Source: Nitrospira japonica (lineage in GTDB: Bacteria; Nitrospirota; Thermodesulfovibrionia; Thermodesulfovibrionales; SM23-35). From it: a stretch of DNA of 52,054 bases. The notes below the pieces were generated by a model, which was not told where the DNA came from, searched no databases, and saw only the letters and a program-made list of their open reading frames with translations. Location: NCBI GenBank assembly GCA_020725385.1, contig DYFC01000008.1, positions 1 through 52,054 of the forward strand, given 5' to 3'. The position numbers were made by a program, and so were the translations under genes. Positions 9,891 to 18,981 of this stretch are shown in pieces (positions within the stretch are counted from its first letter, which is position 1; every line of letters begins with the position of its first letter).

Positions 9891-11053
9891 AAAAATTATT
9901 AATTATTATTTTTTCACTAATTGCAATTGCCTTAGTTGCATACTTTATGCTCAGAAGTAAAAATGGAGATACAACTTATCGCACAGAAAAAATTTCAACA
10001 GGTGATATTGAAATGTCAATTACAGCAACAGGAACAGTTAATGCTGTTACTACTGTTCAGGTAGGCACACAGGTCTCGGGAACAATAAAAGAGATATTCG
10101 TTGATTTCAATTCTCCTGTAAGAAAGGGACAGATTATCGCAAAAATAGACCCTGCATTATTTGAAGCTCAGGAAGAACAGGCAAATGCGAATCTTCAGGT
10201 AGCAAGAGCAAATCTCTTGAAAGCAGAAGCTACTCTTACAGATGCAAAAAGAAATCTTGATAGAACCAGGCAACTCTTTTCAAAAAATCTAATTGCCCAA
10301 AGTGAAGTCGATACAGCGGAAACAAATTATGATACAGCAAAAGCTTCTGTTAATGCTGCAAAATCACAAATATCACAGGCAGAGGCATCCCTTAAGCTTG
10401 CAAGGACAAATCTTAGATATACTAATATATTATCGCCAGTTGACGGAATAGTTATTTCAAGAAATGTAGATGTTGGACAGACAGTTGCTGCAAGTTTTCA
10501 GACACCCACGCTTTTTTCTATTGCTCAGGATCTAACCAAAATGCAGATTGATGCAAATGTTGATGAGGCAGACATAGGAAAAATAAAAATCGGGCAGGAT
10601 GTTGAATTCACTGTTGATGCCTATCCTGATTCTCCTTTTAAAGGCAAAGTCTGGCAGATAAGAAGTTCTCCTCAGACAGTTCAGAATGTCGTTACATATG
10701 ATGTTGTAATAAAAGTTGACAACCCTGAATATAAATTAAAACCCGGGATGACCGCAAATGTATCGGTAATTATTGAAACAAAAGAAAATGTGCTTAGAGT
10801 TCCAAATGCTGCTTTAAGATTTAAGATGGACGAAAAAGTGAAAAAGACTTCCGAGAAAAGAGAGGCTGGAACAACAGGTGTATGGATACTTGAGCAGAAG
10901 AAACCGAGAAGAGTACAGATTACCACAGGAATTAGCGATGGTCAATATACAGAAATTGTTTCAGGTGATATTAAAGAAGGACAGGAAATAATTATAGAAT
11001 CATTGGCTAAGAAAAATTCTTCTTCTCCATCTCCGGGACCGAGGTTCATGTAA
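9887..11053 (+). CDS. macA: MacA-like periplasmic adaptor of ABC efflux pump
   Basis: N-terminal TM anchor; VQVGTQVSG, VDFNSPV, GQTVAASFQTPTLF, VDEADIG, LKPGMTA. Confidence 0.85.
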   Translation: MKKLLIIIFSLIAIALVAYFMLRSKNGDTTYRTEKISTGDIEMSITATGTVNAVTTVQVGTQVSGTIKEIFVDFNSPVRKGQIIAKIDPALFEAQEEQANANLQVARANLLKAEATLTDAKRNLDRTRQLFSKNLIAQSEVDTAETNYDTAKASVNAAKSQISQAEASLKLARTNLRYTNILSPVDGIVISRNVDVGQTVAASFQTPTLFSIAQDLTKMQIDANVDEADIGKIKIGQDVEFTVDAYPDSPFKGKVWQIRSSPQTVQNVVTYDVVIKVDNPEYKLKPGMTANVSVIIETKENVLRVPNAALRFKMDEKVKKTSEKREAGTTGVWILEQKKPRRVQITTGISDGQYTEIVSGDIKEGQEIIIESLAKKNSSSPSPGPRFM

Positions 11054-11055
11054 AA

Positions 11056-11751
11056 ATGTCTTTAATAGAAGTAAAAGATATTTGCAGAACTTATGACCTT
11101 GGCGATGTCAAAGTGAGCGCATTATGTGGGGTTTCACTTGAGATAGAAAAAGGTGAATTTGTTTCAATTATGGGTCCATCCGGATCCGGGAAATCCACAT
11201 TTATGAATATACTTGGTTGTCTTGATAAACCAACATCCGGTAATTATTTTCTGGAAGGAACTAATGTCTCAAAATTAAGCAGAGATGAACTTGCAGGCAT
11301 AAGAAACAAAAAAATCGGATTTGTTTTTCAAGGTTTTAACCTTCTTCCACGCACAACTGCCTTAGAAAATGTTGAATTGCCTCTACTATATGATGGAATG
11401 AATGCAAAACAAAGAAAAGAACTTGCGATCGAAGCTCTTAGAAAAGTCGGGCTTGAAGAAAGAATTGATCATTATCCGAATCAGCTTTCAGGAGGCCAGC
11501 AGCAGAGAGTCGCGATAGCAAGAGCACTTGTCAACAATGCTTCTTTAATTCTTGCGGATGAACCAACAGGAAATCTTGATTCAAAAACAAGTTTCGAGAT
11601 TATGGAACTCTTCGTTAAGTTGAACGCTGAAAAAAATATTACAATAGTTATTGTTACCCATGAAAATGATATAGCTGCATTTAGTAGAAGAATGATTAGA
11701 TTCCTTGATGGTTCTGTTGTAAATGATATGAAGGTTGTTAAAAATGGTTAA
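11056..11751 (+). CDS. ABC transporter ATP-binding subunit (MacB/LolD type)
   Basis: Walker A GPSGSGKST, LSGGQQQRVAIARAL signature, Walker B ILADEPTGNLD. Confidence 0.95.
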   Translation: MSLIEVKDICRTYDLGDVKVSALCGVSLEIEKGEFVSIMGPSGSGKSTFMNILGCLDKPTSGNYFLEGTNVSKLSRDELAGIRNKKIGFVFQGFNLLPRTTALENVELPLLYDGMNAKQRKELAIEALRKVGLEERIDHYPNQLSGGQQQRVAIARALVNNASLILADEPTGNLDSKTSFEIMELFVKLNAEKNITIVIVTHENDIAAFSRRMIRFLDGSVVNDMKVVKNG

Positions 11752-12973
11752 TATTTCATCAACTTTGAAAATAGCTTTTAGAGCATTGAAAGTAAATAAG
11801 ATGCGCTCTGCCTTAACAATGCTGGGAATAATAATCGGTGTGGGAGCAGTTATTGCAATGCTTGCAGTCGGCACAGGAGCAAGCAAAAAAATTGCTGACC
11901 AGATATCAAGCATAGGCAGTAATCTTATCATGATACTTCCAGGCTCAACAACAGCAGGAGGAGTGAGGATGGGTGCAGGAACACAGCCAACTCTTACAAC
12001 TTTTGATGCAGAAGCAATACAAAGAGAATGCTCCGCGGTCTTAGAGGCTGCACCTGTTTTAAATGGAGTTGCACAGGTTGTTTATGGAAATCTCAACTGG
12101 TCAACAGGAATCATAGGAACCACGCCAAATATGCTTGATGTAAGGGATTGGCCTATCTCATCAGGCAGGCCATTTACCCAACAGGATGTAAAGAGTTCTA
12201 CTAAGGTCTGCCTATTAGGGCAGACAGTTGTTGATAATTTATTCGGAGACAACAACCCAATTGGTCATGTTGTAAGAATCAAAAAAGTTCCTTTTACTGT
12301 TATAGGTGTTCTTTCACCTAAAGGACAATCTCCAAATGGACAAGACCAGGATGATACTATATATGTTCCTGTAACAACAGCACAGAAAAAATTATTTGGC
12401 ACATCTTTCCCTGGCATGGTTAGAATAATAATGGTTAAAGCTAAAAGCACTCAGGAATTGAGTCTTGCTGAAAAACAGATAACAGAACTTCTCAGACAGA
12501 GACATAGAATTGGACCTAAACAGGATAATGATTTCACAGTGCGTAATCTCACACAAATCATGCAGACACAGGAGCAGTCAGCAAAAATAATGTCGATTTT
12601 ACTTGGAGCAATAGCATCTATTTCGCTTATAGTTGGTGGAATTGGCATAATGAATATTATGCTCGTCTCTGTAACAGAAAGAACCCGTGAAATAGGAATT
12701 CGCATGGCAATAGGTGCAAAAACCTGGGATATAAGGCTTCAGTTTATCATAGAAGCAATGATTCTCTCACTTGTTGGTGGAGCAGTTGGAACAATTACAG
12801 GATTAATAAGTTCAGAGATACTTGCAAAAGCGACTGGCTGGTCAGTTGTAATATCTCCAATTTCAATATTAGTAGCATTTGGATTTTCAGGAATTGTAGG
12901 GATATTTTTCGGTTTTTATCCAGCATATAAAGCATCGCTTCTTGACCCTATAGAAGCATTGAGATACGAGTAA
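11744..12973 (+). CDS. macB: MacB-type ABC permease (split macB, membrane part)
   Basis: RSALTMLGIIIGV, GGIGIMNIMLVSVTERTREIGIR, FGFYPA..LDPIEALRYE. ATG 11744 preferred over the TTG at 11735. Confidence 0.88.
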   Translation: MVNISSTLKIAFRALKVNKMRSALTMLGIIIGVGAVIAMLAVGTGASKKIADQISSIGSNLIMILPGSTTAGGVRMGAGTQPTLTTFDAEAIQRECSAVLEAAPVLNGVAQVVYGNLNWSTGIIGTTPNMLDVRDWPISSGRPFTQQDVKSSTKVCLLGQTVVDNLFGDNNPIGHVVRIKKVPFTVIGVLSPKGQSPNGQDQDDTIYVPVTTAQKKLFGTSFPGMVRIIMVKAKSTQELSLAEKQITELLRQRHRIGPKQDNDFTVRNLTQIMQTQEQSAKIMSILLGAIASISLIVGGIGIMNIMLVSVTERTREIGIRMAIGAKTWDIRLQFIIEAMILSLVGGAVGTITGLISSEILAKATGWSVVISPISILVAFGFSGIVGIFFGFYPAYKASLLDPIEALRYE

Positions 12974-13141
12974 TACATTATCTCCATCAGCGCTCACTAT
13001 TTGCTCTCATTTACCCTTCTTTTCATTATAGTATGACATTATTTCTTATTGGGAGCTCAGTAAAAACTGCCGGAAAAATCAGATGCTCTCTTGACTACTC
13101 GTTTCTTTACTTCAATCCGGTTTTCAAACAAGACTTCCTGT

Positions 13142-14005
13142 CTATTTCTTCACCAACTCTACTCTACGGTTCTTGGCCCGGCCTTCTTCTGTTTTGTTAT
13201 CAGCAATGGGTTTTTCCTGACCATGCCCCAAGGCACTCAGACGTTTTGCGTCAATTCCCTGAGCCACAATCGCTGAAACAACTGATTTTGCCCGGTCATC
13301 GGATAGCGTCTTATTCGATTTAGGATTCCCCACATTGTCTGTATGCCCTTCCACACTTATCTCCAGTGAAGGATTGGCCTTCATCATCTGGACAATCTGC
13401 TCGATAATGGGTTTGGACTCTGGTTTAATGGTCGATTTACCTATATCAAAGTTTATGTAAAGCGCGACATGACCATCACGATTCAAGGCGTCAAGCATTG
13501 CGCTTGCCGTAACATCCTGCTTCATCGCTTGTTTTTCAAGCAACGTTATAACATACGTCCCGTTATATTCATGGTAGCCGACTTCAATCCAGAGCTCTTT
13601 CCCGTCATTGGCAACTCTTCCATTTACTTGCCGGGCATAACCTTCCCCTTCTGGACAGACCTTCTCTAATTCTTGTCTGGTACCCTCGAAAAGTATTGTT
13701 CCACCAATATTATTTATGGCATTTGAATAATTACGGATTATCTGAAGGCCGCTTGCTTCTTCCCCGTCATTCTTCAAGCCATATTCCCTTCTCCACAGTT
13801 TCCCTTCTAATTTTACAGGTTTCTTTCCATCACAAAACGTATACTCATCAAACTCCTTGTCATAAGCACCCCATATTTCATAGCTCGGCATTCCGGTAAA
13901 ATAGGGTGTGTCCTTAAATTCAGATTCCGCTCCTGTTGTAGAAAAAACTCCCAAAACAATAAGAAACATAATACAGAACAACCATATGTGTCTGAATCTG
14001 TTCAT
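13142..14005 (-). CDS. OmpA-family peptidoglycan-binding protein with an uncharacterised N-terminal domain
   Basis: Signal peptide; C-terminal OmpA_C: INFDIGKS, VEGHTDNVG, NKTLSDDRA, GRAKNRRVE; SD GAGGAGG. Confidence 0.88.
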   Translation of the reverse strand: MNRFRHIWLFCIMFLIVLGVFSTTGAESEFKDTPYFTGMPSYEIWGAYDKEFDEYTFCDGKKPVKLEGKLWRREYGLKNDGEEASGLQIIRNYSNAINNIGGTILFEGTRQELEKVCPEGEGYARQVNGRVANDGKELWIEVGYHEYNGTYVITLLEKQAMKQDVTASAMLDALNRDGHVALYINFDIGKSTIKPESKPIIEQIVQMMKANPSLEISVEGHTDNVGNPKSNKTLSDDRAKSVVSAIVAQGIDAKRLSALGHGQEKPIADNKTEEGRAKNRRVELVKK

Positions 14006-14038
14006 ATTACCCTCCTCAATTTATTATTTCTATCCTTC

Positions 14039-14180
14039 GCCCAATTGCCCGGGTTGATCTGTCGTTCTCAGGGCTGTCTGCTCGAACGGATTGTCCACGA
14101 GCACAAAAAACCGGTTTTTATTCCGTCTGAGTTCAGCTTAACTTGGGCTGTTCCTAAAACGCTCAGCGCTTCGGGAACAT
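14039..14180 (-). ncRNA. Candidate structured RNA in the ~200-nt leader of the OmpA-family gene (family unassigned; strand uncertain)
   Basis: GC-rich segment in an AT-rich spacer with nested complementary arms: TGTTCC/GGAACA hairpin, GCCCAA/TTGGGC closing stem, CTCAG/CTGAG, TGCTCG/CGAGCA and the AAAAACCGGTTTTT palindrome. Confidence 0.45.
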
Positions 14181-14209
14181 TGATTTTTAAATTTATTCTA
14201 TTATCGAAA

Positions 14210-14238
14210 ATAATATACAGTTATATAGGATATGTCAA
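14210..14238 (-). promoter_or_regulatory. Sigma70 promoter upstream of the OmpA-gene leader
   Basis: Minus strand TTGACA (14238-14233), 17 nt, TATTAT (14215-14210). Confidence 0.6.
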
Positions 14239-14501
14239 ATAATTTTCTCAATCAGGTTAAGACATCACCAACAGGTTAAGGGGAACAAAACATTGGGAAG
14301 GGGAAAAAAGAGATGCATCACTTGGCTCTATGATTATTATCTTTTAAGGGAATTTGAGGAATTTAGTCATGTAAATCAAAATGAAGAAAATATCTGGATT
14401 ACTCTAGAAGAAAAAATTCTTTATGATACGGCTAAAACACACGTCTTACAGCTTAGAAAAAAATATATCTCCTGTGGGTACGGAAGTTCAGTGCTTTTCT
14501 T

Positions 14502-14531
14502 AAAGAAAAGAACCCTGCATTGGGTGGGTTC
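14502..14531 (-). terminator. Probable intrinsic terminator after rfaE2
   Basis: Minus strand GAACCC-10 nt loop-GGGTTC followed by TTTTCTTT, 45 nt after the stop codon. Confidence 0.5.
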
Positions 14532-14576
14532 CTTCAGAATCTCCAACTGCATTTTTAGATGAGACAATATTCCTTT

Positions 14577-15032
14577 TTATAGTTTTTTTATTTTTTCTAT
14601 TATTGAAGTAGTTGATATGCCTTCTATGTAGGGGAGGCTATAAGTCTCACCAGCAATGTCAGAGCCCACAATGTCTTCTTTTTTCCAGTCCCCGCCTTTT
14701 ACAAGTACATCGGGTTTTATTGATTTAATAAGATCATATGGTGTGTCTTCATCAAATATGACTATATAATCTACCATTTCAAGCGAGGAGAGCACTTCTG
14801 CTCTATGTTGTTCGGAATTAACAGGCCTTCCCGGTTTTATTCTGGATACGGATTTATCTGAATTCATGCCAATTACCAAAACATCACCAAGTTTTTTTGC
14901 TTCTTTTAAATAGCGGACATGTCCAACATGAATCATATCAAAGCAACCATTCGTAAAAATAATTCGCTTGCCTTCTGATTTAAGCCTGTCTATTTTGTTT
15001 ATCAAATCAGCCTTATTTAATATCTTTCCCAT
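14577..15032 (-). CDS. rfaE2: D-glycero-beta-D-manno-heptose 1-phosphate adenylyltransferase (stand-alone HldE C-terminal domain)
   Basis: FTNGCFDMIHVGH (HxGH), NSDKSV, FDEDTP, PDVLVKGGDW, STTSII. Confidence 0.92.
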   Translation of the reverse strand: MGKILNKADLINKIDRLKSEGKRIIFTNGCFDMIHVGHVRYLKEAKKLGDVLVIGMNSDKSVSRIKPGRPVNSEQHRAEVLSSLEMVDYIVIFDEDTPYDLIKSIKPDVLVKGGDWKKEDIVGSDIAGETYSLPYIEGISTTSIIEKIKKL

Positions 15033-15110
15033 ATATATTTATCATCTTTTTTATTGGTTTTATTATTTGTGGCAGAGTTACAATCAAACATTGGAAACCA
15101 AGAAAAGACG

Positions 15111-15189
15111 CTGGATTCTCTGGTCAAGTTTATCCTCTGGCTTGCTTGTCCGCCATTTGTTTGGCGGAACCAGGGAGCCAGAGCATAAC
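15111..15189. repeat. Nested palindromic REP-like element
   Basis: The CTGGATTCTCTGGTCAAG arm is followed by CTCTGGCT(15135-42)...AGCCAGAG(15176-83), which encloses TCCGCCA-6nt-TGGCGGA (15149-15168). Confidence 0.55.
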
Positions 15190-15243
15190 AATAAAAAAGT
15201 CCAGAATTTAATTTTACGTTTAGTAACTCCTGCATTCTTCGGT

Positions 15244-16314
15244 TTATGGAAGTTGTTTGCCTGTTATCAGACGCAATATGTCGTAATAAAAAACCACTAC
15301 CATAAGGGTAAGCAGTATAGCAAGACCTACTTTCTGGCTGTTTGCTATAAATTTTTCGCTCAGGGGTTTTTTCCTTATTGCTTCTATTCCAAAAAATAGT
15401 ATATGGCCGCCATCAAGTATTGGAATAGGGAACAAATTTATTACACCAAGATTAATATTAATAATCGCCATGAAAATAAAGAAATTCAGAACCCCTCTCG
15501 ATGCCTGTTCTCCAGCCATCTGGACTATCATAATAGGTCCGCCTATTGTATTCATAGGTAGTACCCTTTGTATAAGTTTGATAACAGATACTACTGTGAG
15601 TTCTGCAATTTCATAAGTTCTGACAACACTATTTTTCAATGCCCCGGCAATTGATTCCTTTTTTATCATAGTGTTGCCCGAAGGCTGTATTCCAATTAGT
15701 CCTATTTCTTTTTCTTCACCAAAAATATTTTGTGTTTTTTTCTTCTCGGGTACTATATCTATTTGCAACTTCTCATTTGCTCTTAATATTTTCAAAGCCA
15801 GAGCTTTGCCCGGGCTATTATGAATTATTTCTGTCATTTCATCCCATTGTGATATTGATTTCCCGTTAATTTCAATAATCCTGTCGCCTTTTGTAAGCCC
15901 TGCTCTTTGGGCCGGTGTGTCAGGCATCACATTTCCAATTTCTGGCAAAAGTACAGGCAACCCGTTAATAAAACTAAAGAAAAAGATAATAGCTGCAAAT
16001 GCTATATTGAAAAAAGGTCCGGCAAAAACAATTATGAACCTTTTCCAGACAGGCTGGAAATTGAATGAAAAAGGTTTTTCCTCCTCTGTAAGTTCGGTCT
16101 CCGTGTTTTCGCCAAGCATCTTGACATATCCGCCAAAAGGAACTGCGGATATAAGATATTCTGTATCTCCGTATTTTTTACCTATAATTTTGGGGCCAAA
16201 GCCGAGAGAAAATTTTAAGACTTTTACTTTAAGTAATTTTGCAAATAGAAAATGTCCGAGCTCGTGAACAAAAATTATAATTCCAAGCAATACAATAGCT
16301 GATAAAAGTGACAT
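15244..16314 (-). CDS. rseP: RIP metalloprotease RseP
   Basis: HELGH zinc motif, GGYVKM, PDZ domain, NLFPIPILDGG. Confidence 0.96.
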   Translation of the reverse strand: MSLLSAIVLLGIIIFVHELGHFLFAKLLKVKVLKFSLGFGPKIIGKKYGDTEYLISAVPFGGYVKMLGENTETELTEEEKPFSFNFQPVWKRFIIVFAGPFFNIAFAAIIFFFSFINGLPVLLPEIGNVMPDTPAQRAGLTKGDRIIEINGKSISQWDEMTEIIHNSPGKALALKILRANEKLQIDIVPEKKKTQNIFGEEKEIGLIGIQPSGNTMIKKESIAGALKNSVVRTYEIAELTVVSVIKLIQRVLPMNTIGGPIMIVQMAGEQASRGVLNFFIFMAIININLGVINLFPIPILDGGHILFFGIEAIRKKPLSEKFIANSQKVGLAILLTLMVVVFYYDILRLITGKQLP

Positions 16315-16318
16315 CTAA

Positions 16319-17485
16319 TTAACCTCTTTTTTTATGTATTATTTCAGACGCTGTCTTTCTTGCCCATCTGTCGGATTCAATAATATTCTCGATATTTTGA
16401 TCGGACAGGGTAGTATGAAGTTCCATTGTCTTTTTTATTATAACTGGAATATCGCAGAATCCGATAGCTCCCCTTAAAAAAGCATTGACAGCTATTTCAT
16501 TTGAAGCATTAAGAACCGAAGGCATTGTGCCGCCTTCTTTGAGAGCTTGATAAGCATAGGATAAGCACGGGAATTTTTTGTTATCAGGTTCCATAAAAGT
16601 TAACGTGCCGATTTTTTGTAATGGAAGGTTTTCTATTACATCATCAAGACGTTGAGGATAATTCATGGCATATGCAATAGGGCCTTTCATATCAGGAACA
16701 GAAAGCTGTGCCAATATGCTGCTGTCATTAAATTCCACCATTGAATGAACTATACTTTGGGGATGTATAAGGACTTCAATTCTTTCCGGAGAAAGGTTAA
16801 AAAGATGATGTGCTTCTATTACTTCAAGACCCTTATTCATTAATGTCGCTGAATCAATCGTTATTTTTTTACCCATCTTCCAGTTTGGATGCTCGAGAGC
16901 TTCTTCTGGCTTTATTTTTTTTAAATCTTTACCGGAACAACATGCAAATGGACCACCTGATGCTGTAAGAATAATCTTTCTTAGAGATTTTTTCTTTTGC
17001 CCCTGAAGACACTGAAACACAGCGCTATGTTCGCTATCAACAGGCAATATTTTGGATTTATATTTTCTTGCCTCCTTAAAAACAATGCTTCCTGCCATTA
17101 CAAGCGATTCCTTGTTTGCAAGGCCAATTATTCTTCCTTTACGTACAGCAGAGAGTGTTGGCATAAGCCCTGCTGCACCAACAATAGCAGATAAAACAAA
17201 ATCTATATTCTCAAGGGAAGCAACTTCTGATATGCCTTTCTGACCGTAAAGTATTTGTAAATGTTTGAATTTCTTCCCGAGTCTTTTCTTCAGTTCGACA
17301 GCACCTTCAACATCCGAAACTGCGACTACTTCAGGCGTAAAAGTCTTGATTTGCTTTTCAAGAAGGGAAACGTTTTTTCCGGCTGTAAGCGCAATTACAT
17401 TAAATTTATCCTTGTGTAAAAGGACAATATCAAGAGCGCTCCTTCCTATAGAGCCTGTCGAGCCAAGAATTGATATGCGTTTCAA
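16319..17485 (-). CDS. dxr: 1-deoxy-D-xylulose 5-phosphate reductoisomerase
   Basis: LGSTGSIG, LANKESLV, PVDSEHSA, HPNWKMGKKITIDSATLMNKGLEVIEA. Confidence 0.97.
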   Translation of the reverse strand: MKRISILGSTGSIGRSALDIVLLHKDKFNVIALTAGKNVSLLEKQIKTFTPEVVAVSDVEGAVELKKRLGKKFKHLQILYGQKGISEVASLENIDFVLSAIVGAAGLMPTLSAVRKGRIIGLANKESLVMAGSIVFKEARKYKSKILPVDSEHSAVFQCLQGQKKKSLRKIILTASGGPFACCSGKDLKKIKPEEALEHPNWKMGKKITIDSATLMNKGLEVIEAHHLFNLSPERIEVLIHPQSIVHSMVEFNDSSILAQLSVPDMKGPIAYAMNYPQRLDDVIENLPLQKIGTLTFMEPDNKKFPCLSYAYQALKEGGTMPSVLNASNEIAVNAFLRGAIGFCDIPVIIKKTMELHTTLSDQNIENIIESDRWARKTASEIIHKKRG

Positions 17486-18264
17486 CTTATTTGTCTCAAA
17501 ATCCAGTAAAGTACAGGGCCCGCAAACAATGCACCATCAAGTTTATCGAGAATACCCCCGTGTCCCGGCACAATGATTCCTGAGTCCTTAACTCCTGCAT
17601 CGCGTTTAAACATTGATTCTACAAGATCACCGATAATTGTTATAGTTCCTATTATTATACCAGCAATAATTGTATTATAAATACTTAATGGTACAAGCAG
17701 GGTATACTTTATTAATAATGCGCCAAGAATTCCACCCAAAACAGAACCCCATGCTCCAGCGATGGTTTTATTCGGACTCATTTCTCTGTAAAGTTTTGCC
17801 TTGCCAAAAGATTTGCCAATATAATATGCAAGTGAATCAGCAGACCAGACAGTTGTATATAAGAAGATAATCCAGACAGGGCTTATTTCTCTCAATTGTA
17901 TCTGAAAAGAAATAAAGCATGGTATGTAAATGATTCCCAGTATAGGCGCTGAAATATCCTGCAATGAGTAAAGAGGTGTTTTCTTGAATAACAATCTGAT
18001 TACCATAATAACCATGACTGAAACTACAATAACTGAAATTATTTCTTCCCGGGAAAAGCTCATTGTAGTTATTATCGTAATACATGAAATAATCCCTATA
18101 TATTTAATTAGTCCATGAACTTTATACATTGAATAAAACTCAAGAATAGCGACAACAGAAATGACAGCAATTAAGAAAAAGAACCAATTTTTGTCGAGAA
18201 ACATTATATATAGATAAAGCAGGGGTAAAACAATAGCTGCAACACCAATTCTCTTAAAATGCAT
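17482..18264 (-). CDS. cdsA: Phosphatidate cytidylyltransferase
   Basis: SPNKT, GDLVESMFKRDAGVKDSG..PGHGGILDKLD; sits in uppS-cdsA-dxr-rseP synteny. Confidence 0.96.
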   Translation of the reverse strand: MHFKRIGVAAIVLPLLYLYIMFLDKNWFFFLIAVISVVAILEFYSMYKVHGLIKYIGIISCITIITTMSFSREEIISVIVVSVMVIMVIRLLFKKTPLYSLQDISAPILGIIYIPCFISFQIQLREISPVWIIFLYTTVWSADSLAYYIGKSFGKAKLYREMSPNKTIAGAWGSVLGGILGALLIKYTLLVPLSIYNTIIAGIIIGTITIIGDLVESMFKRDAGVKDSGIIVPGHGGILDKLDGALFAGPVLYWILRQIS

Positions 18265-18973
18265 TAGCCCTCACATTGACAGCTCCAAATCTTCTGTCTC
18301 TGCGTTGATAATCCTGTATCGCAAGAAGCAATTCTTCTTTCCCGAAATCAGGCCATAAAGTATCTGTAAAGTAAAATTCTGAATATGCTGATTGCCATAA
18401 CAAGAAATTGCTTATACGCATTTCCCCACTTGTCCTGATAATGAGGTCCGGCGAAGGAATTCCTGCTGTATCAAGGTATGATTCAAAAATCTCTTCTGTT
18501 AGTTCTTCTGCTTTTCTGCCTGAAGAGATTATTCTTTTTACTGCTCTTAAAATCTCATTCCTGCCGCTGTAACTTAAAGCAGTAACAAGCATCATTCCTT
18601 TATTTTTAGATGTTTTGATTTCCGCATCTTTGAGAATTGATTGTATGTTTTCGGGAAGTCTTTCGATTTCACCTATTGTCTTGAATATCACATCATTCTT
18701 TATGAGTTTTTCGAGTTCTTTTTTCAAGTATATTTCGAGAAGCTTCATCAGGGTTGACACCTCTGAAGTTGGTCTCCGCCAGTTTTCTGTGGAGAACGTA
18801 TAAAGTGTTAAAGCTTTAAGTCCGAGTTCAATGGAAAATTCAATGATCTCTTTTGAACGTTCCACCCCTCTTCTATGTCCTTCATTTCTTGGAAGTCCTC
18901 TTTGTTCAGCCCATCTACCGTTACCATCCATGATGATTCCTATATGCTTTGGAATTCTTCCAGACTTTAACAT
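18254..18973 (-). CDS. uppS: Undecaprenyl diphosphate synthase
   Basis: HIGIIMDGNGRWA, FSTENWRRP, IRTSGEMRISNFLLWQ, RRFG. Confidence 0.97.
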   Translation of the reverse strand: MLKSGRIPKHIGIIMDGNGRWAEQRGLPRNEGHRRGVERSKEIIEFSIELGLKALTLYTFSTENWRRPTSEVSTLMKLLEIYLKKELEKLIKNDVIFKTIGEIERLPENIQSILKDAEIKTSKNKGMMLVTALSYSGRNEILRAVKRIISSGRKAEELTEEIFESYLDTAGIPSPDLIIRTSGEMRISNFLLWQSAYSEFYFTDTLWPDFGKEELLLAIQDYQRRDRRFGAVNVRANAF

Positions 18974-18981
18974 TTTGTTTA

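Noticed and set aside
14039-14148. Integron attC site (GCCCAA...TTGGGC ends)
   Set aside because: It lacks the invariant AAC/GTT core triplets on both strands, and there is no integrase or second cassette nearby.
14030-14150. TPP or c-di-AMP (ydaO) riboswitch identity for the OmpA leader
   Set aside because: Only fragments match (CTGAGA; GCTGAA...CGACAG). The core elements are missing: ACCTGAT for TPP, and GGGGGA-CCA / TGGGG-GAA for ydaO.
14293-14562. 89-aa plus-strand ORF between the OmpA gene and rfaE2
   Set aside because: TTG start, no recognisable motif, and it runs through the predicted rfaE2 terminator. It could be a decayed remnant but I cannot support a call.
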